From Botryllus schlosseri (Eukaryota), in NCBI GenBank assembly GCA_051294905.1, contig CM119379.1, forward strand, positions 15,624,001 through 15,688,000: 64,000 nt of DNA. The letters are read 5' to 3'. This document shows positions 24,683-37,196 of the stretch, one piece after another. The number at the start of each line of letters is the position of its first letter. The first letter of the stretch is position 1. A program made the position numbers and the translations under genes. The notes beneath the pieces are model-generated. The model made no database searches. It worked only from the letters and a program-made list of their open reading frames with translations, and was not told the origin of the DNA.

Positions 24683-25257
24683 GCTGAAGAGATTCGGCGT
24701 CCTAAACATAGAAGATATGCGGAAACTAGAAATCGCCAAGTTTACGTATCAGTTTCACTGCGGTCGTTGCCCCAAATATTTCAATGACTTCTTTACCTCT
24801 GAATCAAAAGCGCACAAGTACAACACACGCGCGTCCACGCCGTCCAAATATCATATGATCGACCGAAAAGATCATCGCTCTATCAAATATGCCGGACCTG
24901 ATGTGTGGAACAGTATCCCGCCAGCCATTCCGCAGTCGACGAGCATGTCCACATTCAAGTCGAAATACAAGCAATTACTACTAAATAAATACAGCCCATC
25001 CTCAAGATTACCGGACCACGACTGACCTATCGATCACGCTTCCCATGACATGCCGCCCTATTTCTTGTCGCTTCCTTTTTCTATACTATCTTTCTTACTT
25101 TCATTCAGTGTGCATGCCTCCTCTTTACATCGCCTAGGCCAAGGTGGGTGTCTGATTCCATAGACAACCTAGTCGCTTCGACATCTTCCTTTCTTTTCAT
25201 TGTATCGCATTTTTTGTGGTGTATTGAACTGATAAAATTGCTAATAAACCAATGATG
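24683..25257 (+). mobile_element. CR1/L2-group LINE, 3' end (ORF2 C-terminus plus 3'UTR)
   Basis: HKYNTR...SIKYAGPDVWNSIP...STFKSKYKQLLL is a typical CR1/L2 ORF2 end, followed by a 3'UTR shared with other copies, AATAAA and an ATG-repeat tail. Confidence 0.85.
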
Positions 25258-26654
25258 AAGAGTTTCTCGACGGTGAGCGTCGGGCGGGCCAATAGTCATT
25301 AATTACTTTGTTGAAGCATGCTATTATTTCGTGATACCCGGAAAAAGTTGTCGCCACTCAGAAGATCGCTCCCGCTCACGCTAGGATCTCGCACGTACCA
25401 CAACAGATTGGTGAGACGCGCACGATCGTCAATTAGCATTTATTCACGGCGCGATCTTCGGCAAAGGTTCTATCGCCGGCGATCTTTTTAGGGTTGCACT
25501 TCGTGTTGGCTAAAACGTTATATGCCTTGAGTTGTCTATTTGGTGCCGAATGGGTGGCGCCTAATAAGCTTACAACCCCACAACCACAGACAACACTCGC
25601 GAATACAGTTAGAATAAATTCTGTTCATCATGCGCATTTTTATTTAGGCCTATTTTTCATTTATTTGTCGGGCGGCGTGTATACTCAACGATTATAAATG
25701 CCATTCATCCGATATAGGCCTATGGCACGAGGCTCGAAGAAAAATTTCAACTTGAATACATGTCTACTCAAAAATACATCACCTTATGTTAATTTTCGAT
25801 TTTTTTATGGCCTGTTTCACCCACCCTATTGGCTACGCCTATGGCTACACATTACACACCCAGATAGCGAAAACAGTTGTCCACACCATCGATAACCCGT
25901 TGGTCATTTTGGATGAAGGTTTTATCATCCACAATCTTTTTGACAGAGCACGGAGTCGCTTATTTGTTTGTTTGCGTTATTCATGGTGTTTTTCGAATAA
26001 ATGTAAGGTTACCACACACAGGGCCGTGACAGCACTTCGTCAGCCACCCCCCAAAAAAACGTTGGTCTAGGGCCCCCCATAGGGTGACAAACCGGAATTC
26101 TGGGGGACTTCGCCCGCCAGACCCCCTTCAGGCTATACGCTGTTTACCGCTACTAATCATATTTGTTGGGTGTCTTGTCCGTTTAGTGGGTAAGCTTTTC
26201 TCGCCTAAACCCGCTACGCGCGAAAAATTTCTATAATTCATGATTAAATCGGTCAATATGACCGGGAATTGCATATATATTGCTATCAAATTTTATCCTC
26301 TCTCTACTCACGTAACCAGATTTACAGATAGAGAGCTGAGTGAGCGGTGTTTGAAAAGGTATAGGACCACTCAATGATAATTATACATCTTCGGGCGTAT
26401 GCCCGTCGGCAGGAACGAAACAGCACTTCGTCCGGCACCCCAAAAAACATGGGTCTTGGGCTCCCATATGGTGATAAACCGCCCCCCCAATCACGTTGTT
26501 CGCTTTTGCCACGAATGTTTTGTACTATTTAGTGAGCAAGCGTAGGGCCCGTAAATACTAATTAAAAATCTTCGGGTGGGCGGACCCATTGGTATGACTT
26601 TGTTACATGATGTTGTTTCAGTTGAGCTCAGCTTGGCGCCCATCTTCAGATTCT

Positions 26655-27255
26655 TCTCAAAAGATTTGGTGTTCTAAACTTAGAAGATATGAGAAAGCTA
26701 GAAATTGCCGAGTTTATGTATCATTTCCATTGCGGTCAATGTCCCTCAAATTTCAATGACTACTTCACCTCGGAGACAAAAGCGCACAAGTACAGCACAC
26801 GCGCGTCATCGAAGAACAACTACCATGTGATCAGGACTGAATACAAGAAAACTCATTGCTCTATCAAGTATGCCGGACCCCAATTGTGGAACAGCATCTC
26901 TCCGGCTATCCGACAGTCGTCGAGCATGTCCGCATTCAAGTCGAAATACTAGCAATTTCTTCTAAATCAATACTAGCCAGTCTTCAGGATTACCGGACCA
27001 CGACCTAACATCGACCTCGCCCTCCGCCACATGCCACCTCATTTTGTCGCTTGCGTCTTATATTCTCTGCATTACTTTTCATTCAGTGTGCATGACTCTT
27101 ATTTACTTCGCCTAGGCTAAGATGGGTGTCTGATCTTAATGGCTACTCCAAGTTGTTTCGACACCTTCCTATCTTTTCATTGTATCGCAGTCTTGTGATG
27201 TTTTGAAACGATGAAAATATTAATAAACCTGATTGATTGATTGATTGATTGATTG
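26655..27255 (+). mobile_element. CR1/L2-group LINE, 3' end (same family)
   Basis: MRKLEIAEFMYHFH...SIKYAGPQLWNSISP..., the shared 3'UTR and a (TGAT)n tail. It interrupts a hAT-type MITE. Confidence 0.85.
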
Positions 27256-27609
27256 CTTTCACCGCCCTATGGGGGTGCGCCCCCACTTTGAGAGCCACTG
27301 CCTTAGAATTATCACGGTGAAATATACTAAGAAAAAGTTTAATCAAGTCCCAGCATTAATTCGAGTTTTAGTACGCATTTTATCAATATTTTTATAAGAT
27401 TTCTTTAGACTCTCGCGGGCCGCACAGAACGATGTGAAGGGCTGCATGCGGCCCGCGGGCCGTAGTTTGCCCACCACTGCTCTAGGCTAAAGCAAGAAGT
27501 GATATCAGGAATATAACGGCCTCTCCTTGCGAATACGCACCGTCGGTACTTTCATTCAATTTAACAAAGTAATATCGCAGTTGTAAATTAATAATATTTA
27601 ATAATCAAT

Positions 27610-27912
27610 AATCGTAAGACTACATTTTCACCTGAACAAGACACACACATGTACAAATGCGATAAAATACAATGCGATGTAATCAAGAGATAGGAGGATG
27701 TCGAACGACAAGCTGCGGTCTCTTAAACTGGCATCCACCTTGGCCTAGTACCTGATGTCTTTCCATTCTTCGTAAGTGCTCCTTCATCGGGTCTTTTTCT
27801 GGGCTATTTTGTCGCCATAAGACAGCGCGGGGGAAGAAGAGCCCTGAATAACCCGGGCCTCCTGGCCGGTAGGCGCTTATTATCGTCACCACTACTATAC
27901 GCCATCTCCCCT
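27610..27912 (-). mobile_element. Putative tRNA-derived SINE with LINE-related 3' tail; related copies at about 37960-38300(-) and 23715-23870(+)
   Basis: Head GGGGAGATGGCGTATAGTAGTGGT...GGAGGCCCGGGTTATTCAGGGCTCTTCTTCCCC has degenerate A and B boxes and acceptor-stem pairing. The purine-rich body GGCGACAAAA.AGCCCAG..AAAAGACCC is shared by three copies. The tail CTAGGCCAAGGTGG...TCGACATCCTCCT resembles the CR1/L2 3'UTR. Confidence 0.55.
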
Positions 27913-27957
27913 GTTCGTCCATCCAAGTTTAACTTCATTAGTTGACTTGATATAAAT

Positions 27958-30220
27958 CAGAGGTCTCAAACACGCGTGGCCCGCGATAATATTTTGTGGG
28001 GCCCGCGCAAGTATTTTCGATTTTCAAGTATTCGACAATAGCTAACAGTCACATATCTTTTTTTTATATTTAGGAACTTAAAATTCACTCCAAAACTGCT
28101 CCAAAAATCTCAAAATACGCATCAAACTTTAGTATCGCAACATTACCATGCGGTAGAATCATCATCATCATCATCATTGGTTTATTAGCAATTTTATCAG
28201 TTCAATACACCACAAAAAATGCGATACAATGAAAAGACAGGAAGATGTCGAAGCGACAAGGAGTAGTCTATGGAATCTGACACCCACCTTGGCCTTGGCC
28301 AGAAGATCTGCTATTACGTCACATTACCTGTTCATGATGATAAAAAATGACCCGTTTATGATTCGTGACTGAAAAGTGTGATTTTGTCTGGCGCGCGATC
28401 TTTCGTAGAATTACTCGAACCCGGACTGACTGGGTGATAAAATCAAGACGACTCCAGTGGAGTCGGTTCAAACGTTAAAATCAGAGAAGGACTTGTGTCT
28501 TGGAAAGCCGTGGGTTCGCAAAGCCATGGATGCAACAAACGCAATCAAACTGTCATGAGGAATAGTAATAGCCTATATAAATAGGTCGTAGAGAGCGTTT
28601 CGCAGCGTAGCGACTTTCGCTATCGAAGCAGGTCGGTATGGCAACCATTCGCATGCTGTTGCCACCCTGATGTGTATAGTTAGTTACATCTAGGGTCTCA
28701 CTATCCATGTTACTCACTATCCATGTCACTCCATGTTACTAACATGCTACCATGTTGCAACTGTGAAAATTGCTCCTGTACTGGGTGGCTCGACTCTGAA
28801 GACTTTGTTATATCGAGCCTCCCGTCTACCTTGCATGTCGCATTTCACTGTTACATTTTTGTAGTGTAATGTTGATATGTGATGCATACGAATAAAGATT
28901 CTCTCTCTCTCTCTCTCACTATCGCCAATTAAAGGTGGCCATCGCCAATTGAACGCGTCGAGTAACAAAGCGGTTCGCTAAGCGGTAACAGCGATGGATT
29001 GTCAGGCGATTGGACATTTCATAAGTATGACAAATAAATTTTGTATTCATGTTGTTATTTATCTGTTCCAATAAATATTCGAAGGTAAATCTGACGCTGA
29101 TTTAATTTGACTATGGCAATGACATGATCAATAGCCTATTTATCGGTAGTATGCCCGAAAACTGGATTGGGCTGGACTGCTCAAATCCTCTGATATCATA
29201 TCGATCCTTGGTCAATTCTAAAACATTCTACCTATAATTGTGGCACATCAAATGTCCGCTTGCTGCTATATTGTCACGCTACAGTTTTTACGATGCCAAG
29301 TATACAACAACAATTTTATTCGAATATTAAACATGTGCACTGTGCAGGGCCGTAACAGCACTTCGTCAGCCCCCCATAAAACGTTGGTCTTGGGGCCTGT
29401 ATATGATGAAAAACCGAACTTCTGGGTGCTTCGCCCCCCAGACCCCTCTCACGCTAGTCGCTGTTTACCGCTACTTATCGTCTACATTGCTGGGCTCCAT
29501 TTAGTGGGTCCGCCTTTCTCGCCTAAACGCGCAAAGCGCGAGAATTTTCTATAATTCATGATTGGATCTGTCAATATGATCGGGAATTGCGTATGTATTG
29601 ATATCAAGTTTTATCCTCTCTCTGCTCACGTAATCAGATTTACAGGTAGAGCTGAGGGAGGTGTGTTTGAAAAGGTAGGACCCCTCAATAATAATTAAAC
29701 ATCTTCGGGTGATGCCAGTTGGCAGGAACGAAACAGCACTTCGTCAGCCCCCCCTCCAAAAAATGGGTCTTGTGCTCCCATAGGGTGATATAAACCTATC
29801 CCCCACACCTTGTTCGCTTTTGCCACAAAGTTAGTTGTACTGTCTAGCGAGCCAGCGCCAAGCGCGAAAATTTTCGATAATTCATGATGAAATCGGTCAA
29901 TAAGATCGGGAATTTCAAAAAATACTCTATAATTTATGCTAATTTACGAATTAATTTTGGGGCCCCTTCGACCTCCCCCCCCCTAATAGGGGGTTTGGGG
30001 TGCGGCAGTTACGGTCCTGGACATGTTCAATGTTCATGCCAGGCGTGAATATTACAATATTACATCGCACGATGTGTGTGGAATGCCAGTATAGTCCTAT
30101 AAGGTCGCGTCAAATATTGCCTATACTTCGAAATACATTGAATGCCCCTACTATTTATGCTGCGGCGTCATCGAAAACTAGGAAATTGGCCCGTGAGCAC
30201 ATTTGAGTTTGAGACCTCTG
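27958..30220. mobile_element. hAT-type MITE swollen by nested insertions
   Basis: TIR CAGAGGTCTCAAAC/GTTTGAGACCTCTG and perfect TSD ATATAAAT. It contains LINE fragments and the 29345-30019 MITE. Confidence 0.85.
28750..28917 (+). mobile_element. Retroposon 3' end with AATAAA(CT)n tail (similar tails at about 1000-1023 and 34345-34360)
   Basis: AATAAAGATTCTCTCTCTCTCTCTC preceded by T/G-rich UTR-like sequence. Confidence 0.5.
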
Positions 30221-30549
30221 ATATAAATCATCAGGTCTTCCACTTCCATTCTAGGATCGCGTTTTGTGCAGGTATAGTGAAAGCATATGGTGAAGTAGAA
30301 AAATTAAATATCTCCTGGAAGAGTCGAGATAAGTTGCCTACGTCGTCTGCGCTGCCTATTTTCGAATTTTGTACAATATTGCGTAACTATAACTACGTGA
30401 ATTTTTCATCAGTCAAAATTTTGTCGAATAAACGCTTTTGAATGTCAAAAGTAAATTTTTTCGTTTTATGTCAAAAAAATAATCGCCATAGTTATCACAT
30501 ATACTAGAAAATTTCACAAATAGTTCTTTGGTCGAAATGTTCTTATAAC

Positions 30550-30787
30550 CAGAGGTGGTCAAAGTAGTCACCGTCGCCACTCAAGTAAAAGTAGAAGTAA
30601 CGCTGGAATTTCTACTCAAGTAGAAGTAGGAGTAGCTGGTCACAAGTAAGTAAGTAGGTATTCTACGCTTATTTTTGCCTACAAAACTGAAAACTGTCAA
30701 GTAGAAGTAGTCTAAAATTATAACTACTTAAAAAGTAATCTGAGTAGGCAAAATCTACTTGAAGTACTTCGTTACTGACCAACTCTG
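30550..30787. mobile_element. hAT-type MITE rich in AGTAGAAGTAG repeats; relatives near 46091, 55095-55240 and 56412-56750
   Basis: TIR CAGAGGTGGTCA/TGACCAACTCTG, perfect TSD CTTATAAC. Confidence 0.85.
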
Positions 30788-31401
30788 CTTATAACCCACC
30801 GGTTTCAATGACATTGACCCAGCAACGATCTCATGACATTTTCGCATATCAAACAAACTAGACTGACCTCTTTCGGACCGCCGGTTACGCACCATTAATA
30901 CTGACATCATTATGATTACATTACGATGGGCGTCAGAAACATGCCGAATAAAAAAATTCTATCACTCTCCTGAATGCGACACCGGCAACATCTCAATTCT
31001 AAACTCCATATCCCCACCGGAGCGTCGGCTGGTAAAATCGCACCGCTTCCCTACGACAATCGAACAGGACGAATATGGAATAATAACCATCGTGTATTTT
31101 CACGAATTCAATAATAATAGCAAACACTGTATAGCTATCCGGCACCTTAATCGCTCATCTAAGTGCTCTCAGTGTCCATTAGTCCCGATGCCATTCAAGT
31201 TACGGTTGCAGATTACGGGTGATGCCTAACTATCCGAAATTCCGGACAAAACCGCAGGCAACGCAATACGAGCTAGCAATTCGACGATTTGAAAAGGCCC
31301 GAATTCCCACTCAAGATCAAGAATGCTGGTAAGTTCGCGACAAAATATACAATAATTCAATATGAGATACACACATAATTAAAAGTACAAAAAAGACAGC
31401 G

Positions 31402-34400
31402 TCATGTCGCCGGGTCGTATCTCGACTGCCTATGTTGTAAGTCCTGTATACGCAGGTCTTTCAGGTGCAGCAGGTGTTCAAGCCTCTGGATTTTTACCTG
31501 ACAACAAAACACGAGCGGTTTATGCGATGGCACTCAGATGAGGATACAATAACTCCAAGCAGTATATTTTTGGAAGTACAATAGTTGGTAATGCAACAGT
31601 TATGTGGAATAAAACAAGTACCAGCTATATAGTTGCTCAAAAGTATGGAATGATAATGCAAGAAGTCAATTATCATGACAAGCATGCTGCATCCGTACCA
31701 TCTCAGAGACGGATGGCAATGAAGTACTTATACTTTTCTGCAGTATTCAAGAAGGTTTTGGCAAGTTGCGCTACTTACAGGTGTCAACGAAAACCCAGTG
31801 ATCTAGATGGCTGTATTAATGGCACAAAATAGCATTTGGAGATTGCATATTTGTGGCATCATTAACCATGTCAGATTTGTATACGATAGATGCTTTCCGC
31901 AGTTCTGGTCTGCCGCACCTAGCTCCCATCTAATTAATCGAGTCTCTTCAAACTATTCCACTCCCATTTGCACCCATGTACATTTAAAATTACTTCTGCT
32001 GGAATTTCTATTCCAGCTTGCAATCGAGTATAAATTCAAATTACCACTTCTACGGGGACGAGCAACTGCACAATTTGAAAGACTATCAAAATTTTCAAAC
32101 TATTTGTTTTTTGGTTGGAAACATGGTATGATTCCGCTGTTTTTACGTCATGGCCTTATCTCATCAAATGAATAAATAAAAATCACAAATTTTCTATTTT
32201 ACTGGGCACGTTCAATAGCGTTTTTTTTTCATCATAAATTACTGACTCATACTTTTTTTTCAAGCCAACATCTCGATCTATATTTTGCTACTTTCTGTTT
32301 TCTTCTGCCGATTGCAGTCGACTAGCTTTAATTATGTAAACGGGTCGTCCATAAAATCTCACTGTATATGCGCCGGATAATACCTGTTGGATTTGAACTG
32401 ACTCCATTGATGCCAGTAGCGCTTGCTCCTTTTCTTCCAAGATCAGTCTTGTTTCGGTATCCAATGCATCGAGATTTAATTGGCTAAGCGGAACGGGATT
32501 TCTCACAGTGTATTCAGGTATCTACAAACGGAAAATTTAAGATGTAAGATATTACAAATATCGATGCGCGATACCATGTCTATTTTCTGCATACATGACA
32601 GCTAGGTAGCACACAGCAGATACAATTTCAGTACATCAGTCCGAAGCTTGACTATTAAAAAAATTTCATTATGTGAGTGGCCTCACAAGAGCTTGCTGTC
32701 CGTGTCCAGTGTCCACTACTCACAAATCCGTGCTGAATCAAAATTGATACCGGTACATGATTTCAGTAGCGTTTTAAATGTTGTGGTTTCTAGGATGATC
32801 CATAATCTACATTTTGTAGCACAAATCTTGAAAGCACATCCTGGGTGATACACTTTAAATAGAGCATATCAGTAATCGATGTCAGTCCTAGCCATGGAGA
32901 GGATAATAGACCTGTAGTACCCTATGTGGGCCTGGTAGAATGCTAACAGCAGTGATCACGCTCCACCAGACATTGCAATTACATTACCACTACAAAATGC
33001 AAACAAAACAACCAACCAACCCCTGTCCGCATTGCCCGGCTATCTGCACTTTCTCCTGTTCGACTTTCAAATTCACTCCCGTCACTACGTACATTGTAAT
33101 ATGGCCTTTCAGGATATCCTGGAAGTGAAGAAATAATTCCAACCTACATTCAATTGTTTTATTGTAAACGGACAATCTAAAATGTGACATTCAGATACAG
33201 TGATGGCATGTGAAGAAATTAGCAATTAGCATTGATCGTCATCGTATTATTGTAGAGTGACACAAGTGAATTATAAGCATGGATAATAAAATAAGACAAA
33301 CTTATACAATCTCTGTTAAAGACATTGGCAATGGGTCAGCAATAGGCAAATTGCATAGTACGACTTCGCCAAAATTTTGTGAGATTCCATTTTAGAGAAG
33401 AAAAGATGTTACTGATCCTGGACGGGTTTAGTATAAATACAAGACAGTCAATTCTTTCCAATTATGACTAGCTGATATTTTATATAGCACTCAGTCACAA
33501 AATTTGTCCACTTTTGCGCCCTCAACCATTGGTAATGGCGTATCTATGATTCAATAACTGAGAAACAGCTTAATTGATGACAAAATTAGTCCAGAAATGT
33601 ATTTACTATGAATGTATATCTACTGTTGCTGTAATTACATAACATGATTCGCAGTTTGAAAAGCCCTAGTATAGCCAACGCAGTGATATAGTAACAAAAG
33701 GATGGGGAGTATTATGTTACCAATCAAAATTCTCATCGTACCCACTAGCTTCTTTTTCACAAGATATTCTTCTATTTTCCGCCAGAGTTGGAACAAAAAA
33801 CTTTCTATCACTCCCGGCTTACATTCGGCAATGTCCTGCATAATCGATGCTGTTATAGGGAAATTCAACTTTCCCAGCACCTAAAAACATGCGAAATCAG
33901 TACTAAGGGATCAGCCACCACTAGAGAATCCGTAAAAAAGAGGCAGTACAATGTCAAACATCTACTCAATTATTATAAACCGCTATTTCAGTTATTGCGC
34001 AATGCGCAAATAAAAAAATTACTCCATACACCTGCAGTAGACTGGATGATCACATGATCGCTTCGCTGTAGCTTCGTCTCGCAATTATACTGCATATAGG
34101 CCTTTAAAGAGCTTCTTTGAGGTTCAGAACTTCAATATACAATTGTATAGTATATTCAATTATATAGGCCTTCACTTGTTACTGTGCATTCAATACATCT
34201 AAATTTGTACATTTCATATCATATCACGATTCCTATGTTTTGATCTTACCTACTGTGATCGGGCAATATTTTTTGAATCATGTGTAGTTTACATTCAGTA
34301 TATATCTGAAGTGTTTTGTTATCTTATTTTTTGAGATGACCAATAAATTTTTCTCTCTCTATTGTCGATGAATGTACAATGTTGCCATTCATTTCCCAAA

Positions 34401-37196
34401 TTTTGATATAAAATGATTCAACACTTTTGTAAATATGCCTATTAGCTATCGGTGACATAATGAAAATCAATTGATTCACTCAACTTCCAACATCACAATT
34501 TTTTATTACATTGCGGTATTACATAAATTCAAAATTTTGAGCTTGAATGTGGAGTAACAGCAAGGTTATTAAACCAGTACCATAAATTTTTTCTCCAATC
34601 CATCCTGAAGTGACCCAGGTGCCTTGTAGTTTTCACAGGTGGTGCCTACCAGTTCTACAACAAGTCTTTGATCTGGTCCAGTCGAGGCTTGATCGAGAAG
34701 CCTGGCACCCTACCAATATACCATATTGTCAGTAGCAGGGTTTAAAATGTATATTTTTGTGTTCAGAACAAATTGAAAAATGTCAAGAAAGATTGCCTAA
34801 CAAAATATAGCCTAGATATTGAGGAATGATGAGTCACCATCGATATTTAAACTAAGCGACTTGCAAAATAGTCAGAACAAGAGTGGGTGAGCTCAATACA
34901 GCCATGCGTGGAGTACCACAATTCAAGGCCACCGGCACGGACAGCATCCCAATGGCTGCTTACACCTCGGGCATTGCACCTGTGCTCCTCGACGTCATGA
35001 ATGGCGTCCTCGAAGGCGGCCCGGTGCCCCCTGAGTGGCTCGAGAGCGAAATCGTCCCTATCTACAAGAAAGGCGCTGCGAGTGACCCAGCGAACTACAG
35101 AGGCATCTCCCTGATGCAGACCGCTGCCAAGTTGTTCGACCGAGTATTGCTCCTTTGCATACGTGAGCAACTCTCTACCAAGCTCCTGAATGCTCAGAAT
35201 GGATTTCGACCATCTCGCGATACTACAGAGCACATCCTGGCACTGCGCACAATCATTGACACCTGTCACTCACACAAAAAGAATGTTGTGGCCGTCTTCG
35301 TTGATTTCGCGAAAGCCTTCGACTCGGTCTCACGCCCAGCCATGGCGGAGATCCTCAGATTCTATGGAATTCCTGAGGTGATGACGTACGCCGTTATGGG
35401 CCTCTACATTGACACACAAGCGCGAGTCCGAACAGATGACGGCCCAAGCGGAGATTTCAACACTTCGGCTGGTGTGCCTCAAGGTGACACCCTGGCACCA
35501 TTCCTGTTCGTGGTCATCCTTGACTTCGTGCTACAAACGGCCTTCCCGGATCATACGAACTTCTTTGAATGGCGACCACGGCAAGGAACGCGCACGCGTA
35601 CGGCTCGCGAGGCAATACATTTAGGTATTCTTGCCTACGCAGACGACCTAGCCTTGCTTGCACCGAACACCGCATCGGCACAGCGCCTCATTAACCAACC
35701 AGAGGCCGCCGCCGCTCTTGTTGGCCTCCAGATCAACGCCAAGAAGACTGAGGTTCTGGCCATACCAGCTCTACCGAAGAACGCGACACCGATTCAACTG
35801 GGAGAAATCGATCTCAAGTATGTAACGAGTTTTGTGTACCTCGGTATTGACTTCGCTGACTCTGGAAAAGCGCTCAAGGCGAGGCGAGCAAAGGCCTGGG
35901 GCGCGGCAAGACGGCTACATAGCCTCTTCCATTCAAGTGCCTCAACCCAGCTCAAGACCCGTATCTTCCGTGCAACTGTCGAGCAGGTTCTTCTCTACGG
36001 AATAGAGGCACTCACGCTGACAGAGAAGCTGGCTAAGACGCTCAACGCCAACTGCGACGCACTCCTCCGCTATGAATTCGGCATTCACCATCCTGAGCAT
36101 ATATCCACGAATACATTGCGAGAACTCACAGTAACGGTCCCATGCCGTCTACTGGCAGCTGAACGACGCTTACGCCTAATCGGCCATCTAGTGCGGCATC
36201 AAGACGAGCAACCAGCCGCCGCCATCATCAATCACATTCCCACGGAGCCATGGCGCAGAGGTGGCTGGAATCGGAAAACATGGCGCTCGACAATGGAGAC
36301 TGACCTAGCGCAACGCGGGCTGTCGCTTGAAGACGCCCACGACCGCCTACGTTGGAGACGCTTGTCGCTTAATACGAGCATAAAACTGATTATCTCGATG
36401 TTTTTTTGTTTCCTGTTTTCTTTTGCCCTTTTCATTATATTTTATCTAATTGAAAAGTCAATATATATATATAAGAGAAATTGAATGATGGCAGACAAGT
36501 ATTGAATCATCGAACCTGTCTGTCCCTATCACCTGTTTATACCTATATTCGATAAAATTACATGCAATATGACACAGGTCATAGACATTGTGAGCTACTG
36601 ATCCCTGTAATACTTTATCAGGAGATAGGGCTAGTAGTTTCATATTGACCGGGTTGGAATCCTGGTACGTTTAGCGTAATATATTTGGTGTGCCAAGACG
36701 GTTCTTAGCGTCACACCTGCGTGTTGACAGTAGAATCTTTGGTGTGCACGAGACACCGATTCCATATTGGCATATTGATGAGTCTCAAATTTGGAGTCTT
36801 ACATTATAACATATTAATTTTACATTGCCACACCACTACAAAACTCTCCCTCTATGTATTACTCTGTTTGATAAAAAGCCTACCATTCTTTCATTCTCAT
36901 AACCTGATAGTAGCCTATATTGAGAACGACATAAAACTGGTAGATGATAAATGTAAGTATCAAATTACCTTTCTGTTTAGCGTTTGCCAGTTGTTCAACT
37001 TCTGGTTTGTGGAATTTGCACTCGCATAATTGTGCAATTCAACTAAACGAGGAACAAAATGCTTGACAATTTCTGCCACCAGAATTCCATCGCTGAAGTC
37101 CCTAGTAATTGATTTCTTTTTTCTGCTCAGGGGTACTTGATCTACCCAGGAGTACAGTTTCTGCAATTCGTCTTCTTTCAAGCCCACGTCCACCAT
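31402..37196 (-). CDS. SPEF1: Sperm flagellar protein 1 (N-terminal calponin-homology-type domain, C-terminal coiled coil), 5 exons, about 232 aa
   Basis: Exons 36969-37196 (MVDVGLKEDELQKLYSWVDQVPLSRKKKSITRDFSDGILVAEIVKHFVPRLVELHNYASANSTNQKLNNWQTLNRK), 33742-33880 (VLGKLNFPITASIMQDIAECKPGVIESFL...), 33021-33118 (low-complexity linker, least certain), 32384-32521 (...LDTETRLILEEKEQALLASMESVQIQQ), 31402-31497 (VKIQRLEHLLHLKDLRIQDL...stop). All are GT-AG and phase-compatible (699 nt). The motifs RDFSDG, HNY and EKEQALLAS match SPEF1. Confidence 0.9.
34877..36375 (+). mobile_element. 5'-truncated RTE-clade non-LTR retrotransposon, reverse transcriptase frame open, antisense within SPEF1 intron 1
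   Basis: ORF 34883-36484 has KATGTDSIP, NYRGISLM, QNGFR, FVDFAKAFDSV, GVPQGDTLAPFLF, YADD, FVYLG and an RTE-type C-terminus (LLYGIE...LRLIGH...DRLRWR). No endonuclease domain, tail or TSD. The last ~35 codons of the ORF are AT-rich host sequence. Confidence 0.9.

Noticed and set aside
25786-26070. ORF containing LVILDE and DRARSRLFV, resembling helicase motifs
   Set aside because: The motifs are far too close together for a helicase, there is no Walker A, and the ORF runs into a MITE.
34846-34860. TAAGCGAC inverted relative to the RTE 3' end and a shared TAAAACT, as a possible TSD or 5' inversion
   Set aside because: The matches are only 7-8 bp in AT-rich DNA and are not positioned as a clean TSD.
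36376-36484. Hydrophobic C-terminal tail on the RTE ORF, suggesting a membrane-anchored domesticated RT
   Set aside because: It is T-rich host intron sequence read through after the element's truncated end; composition switches abruptly.
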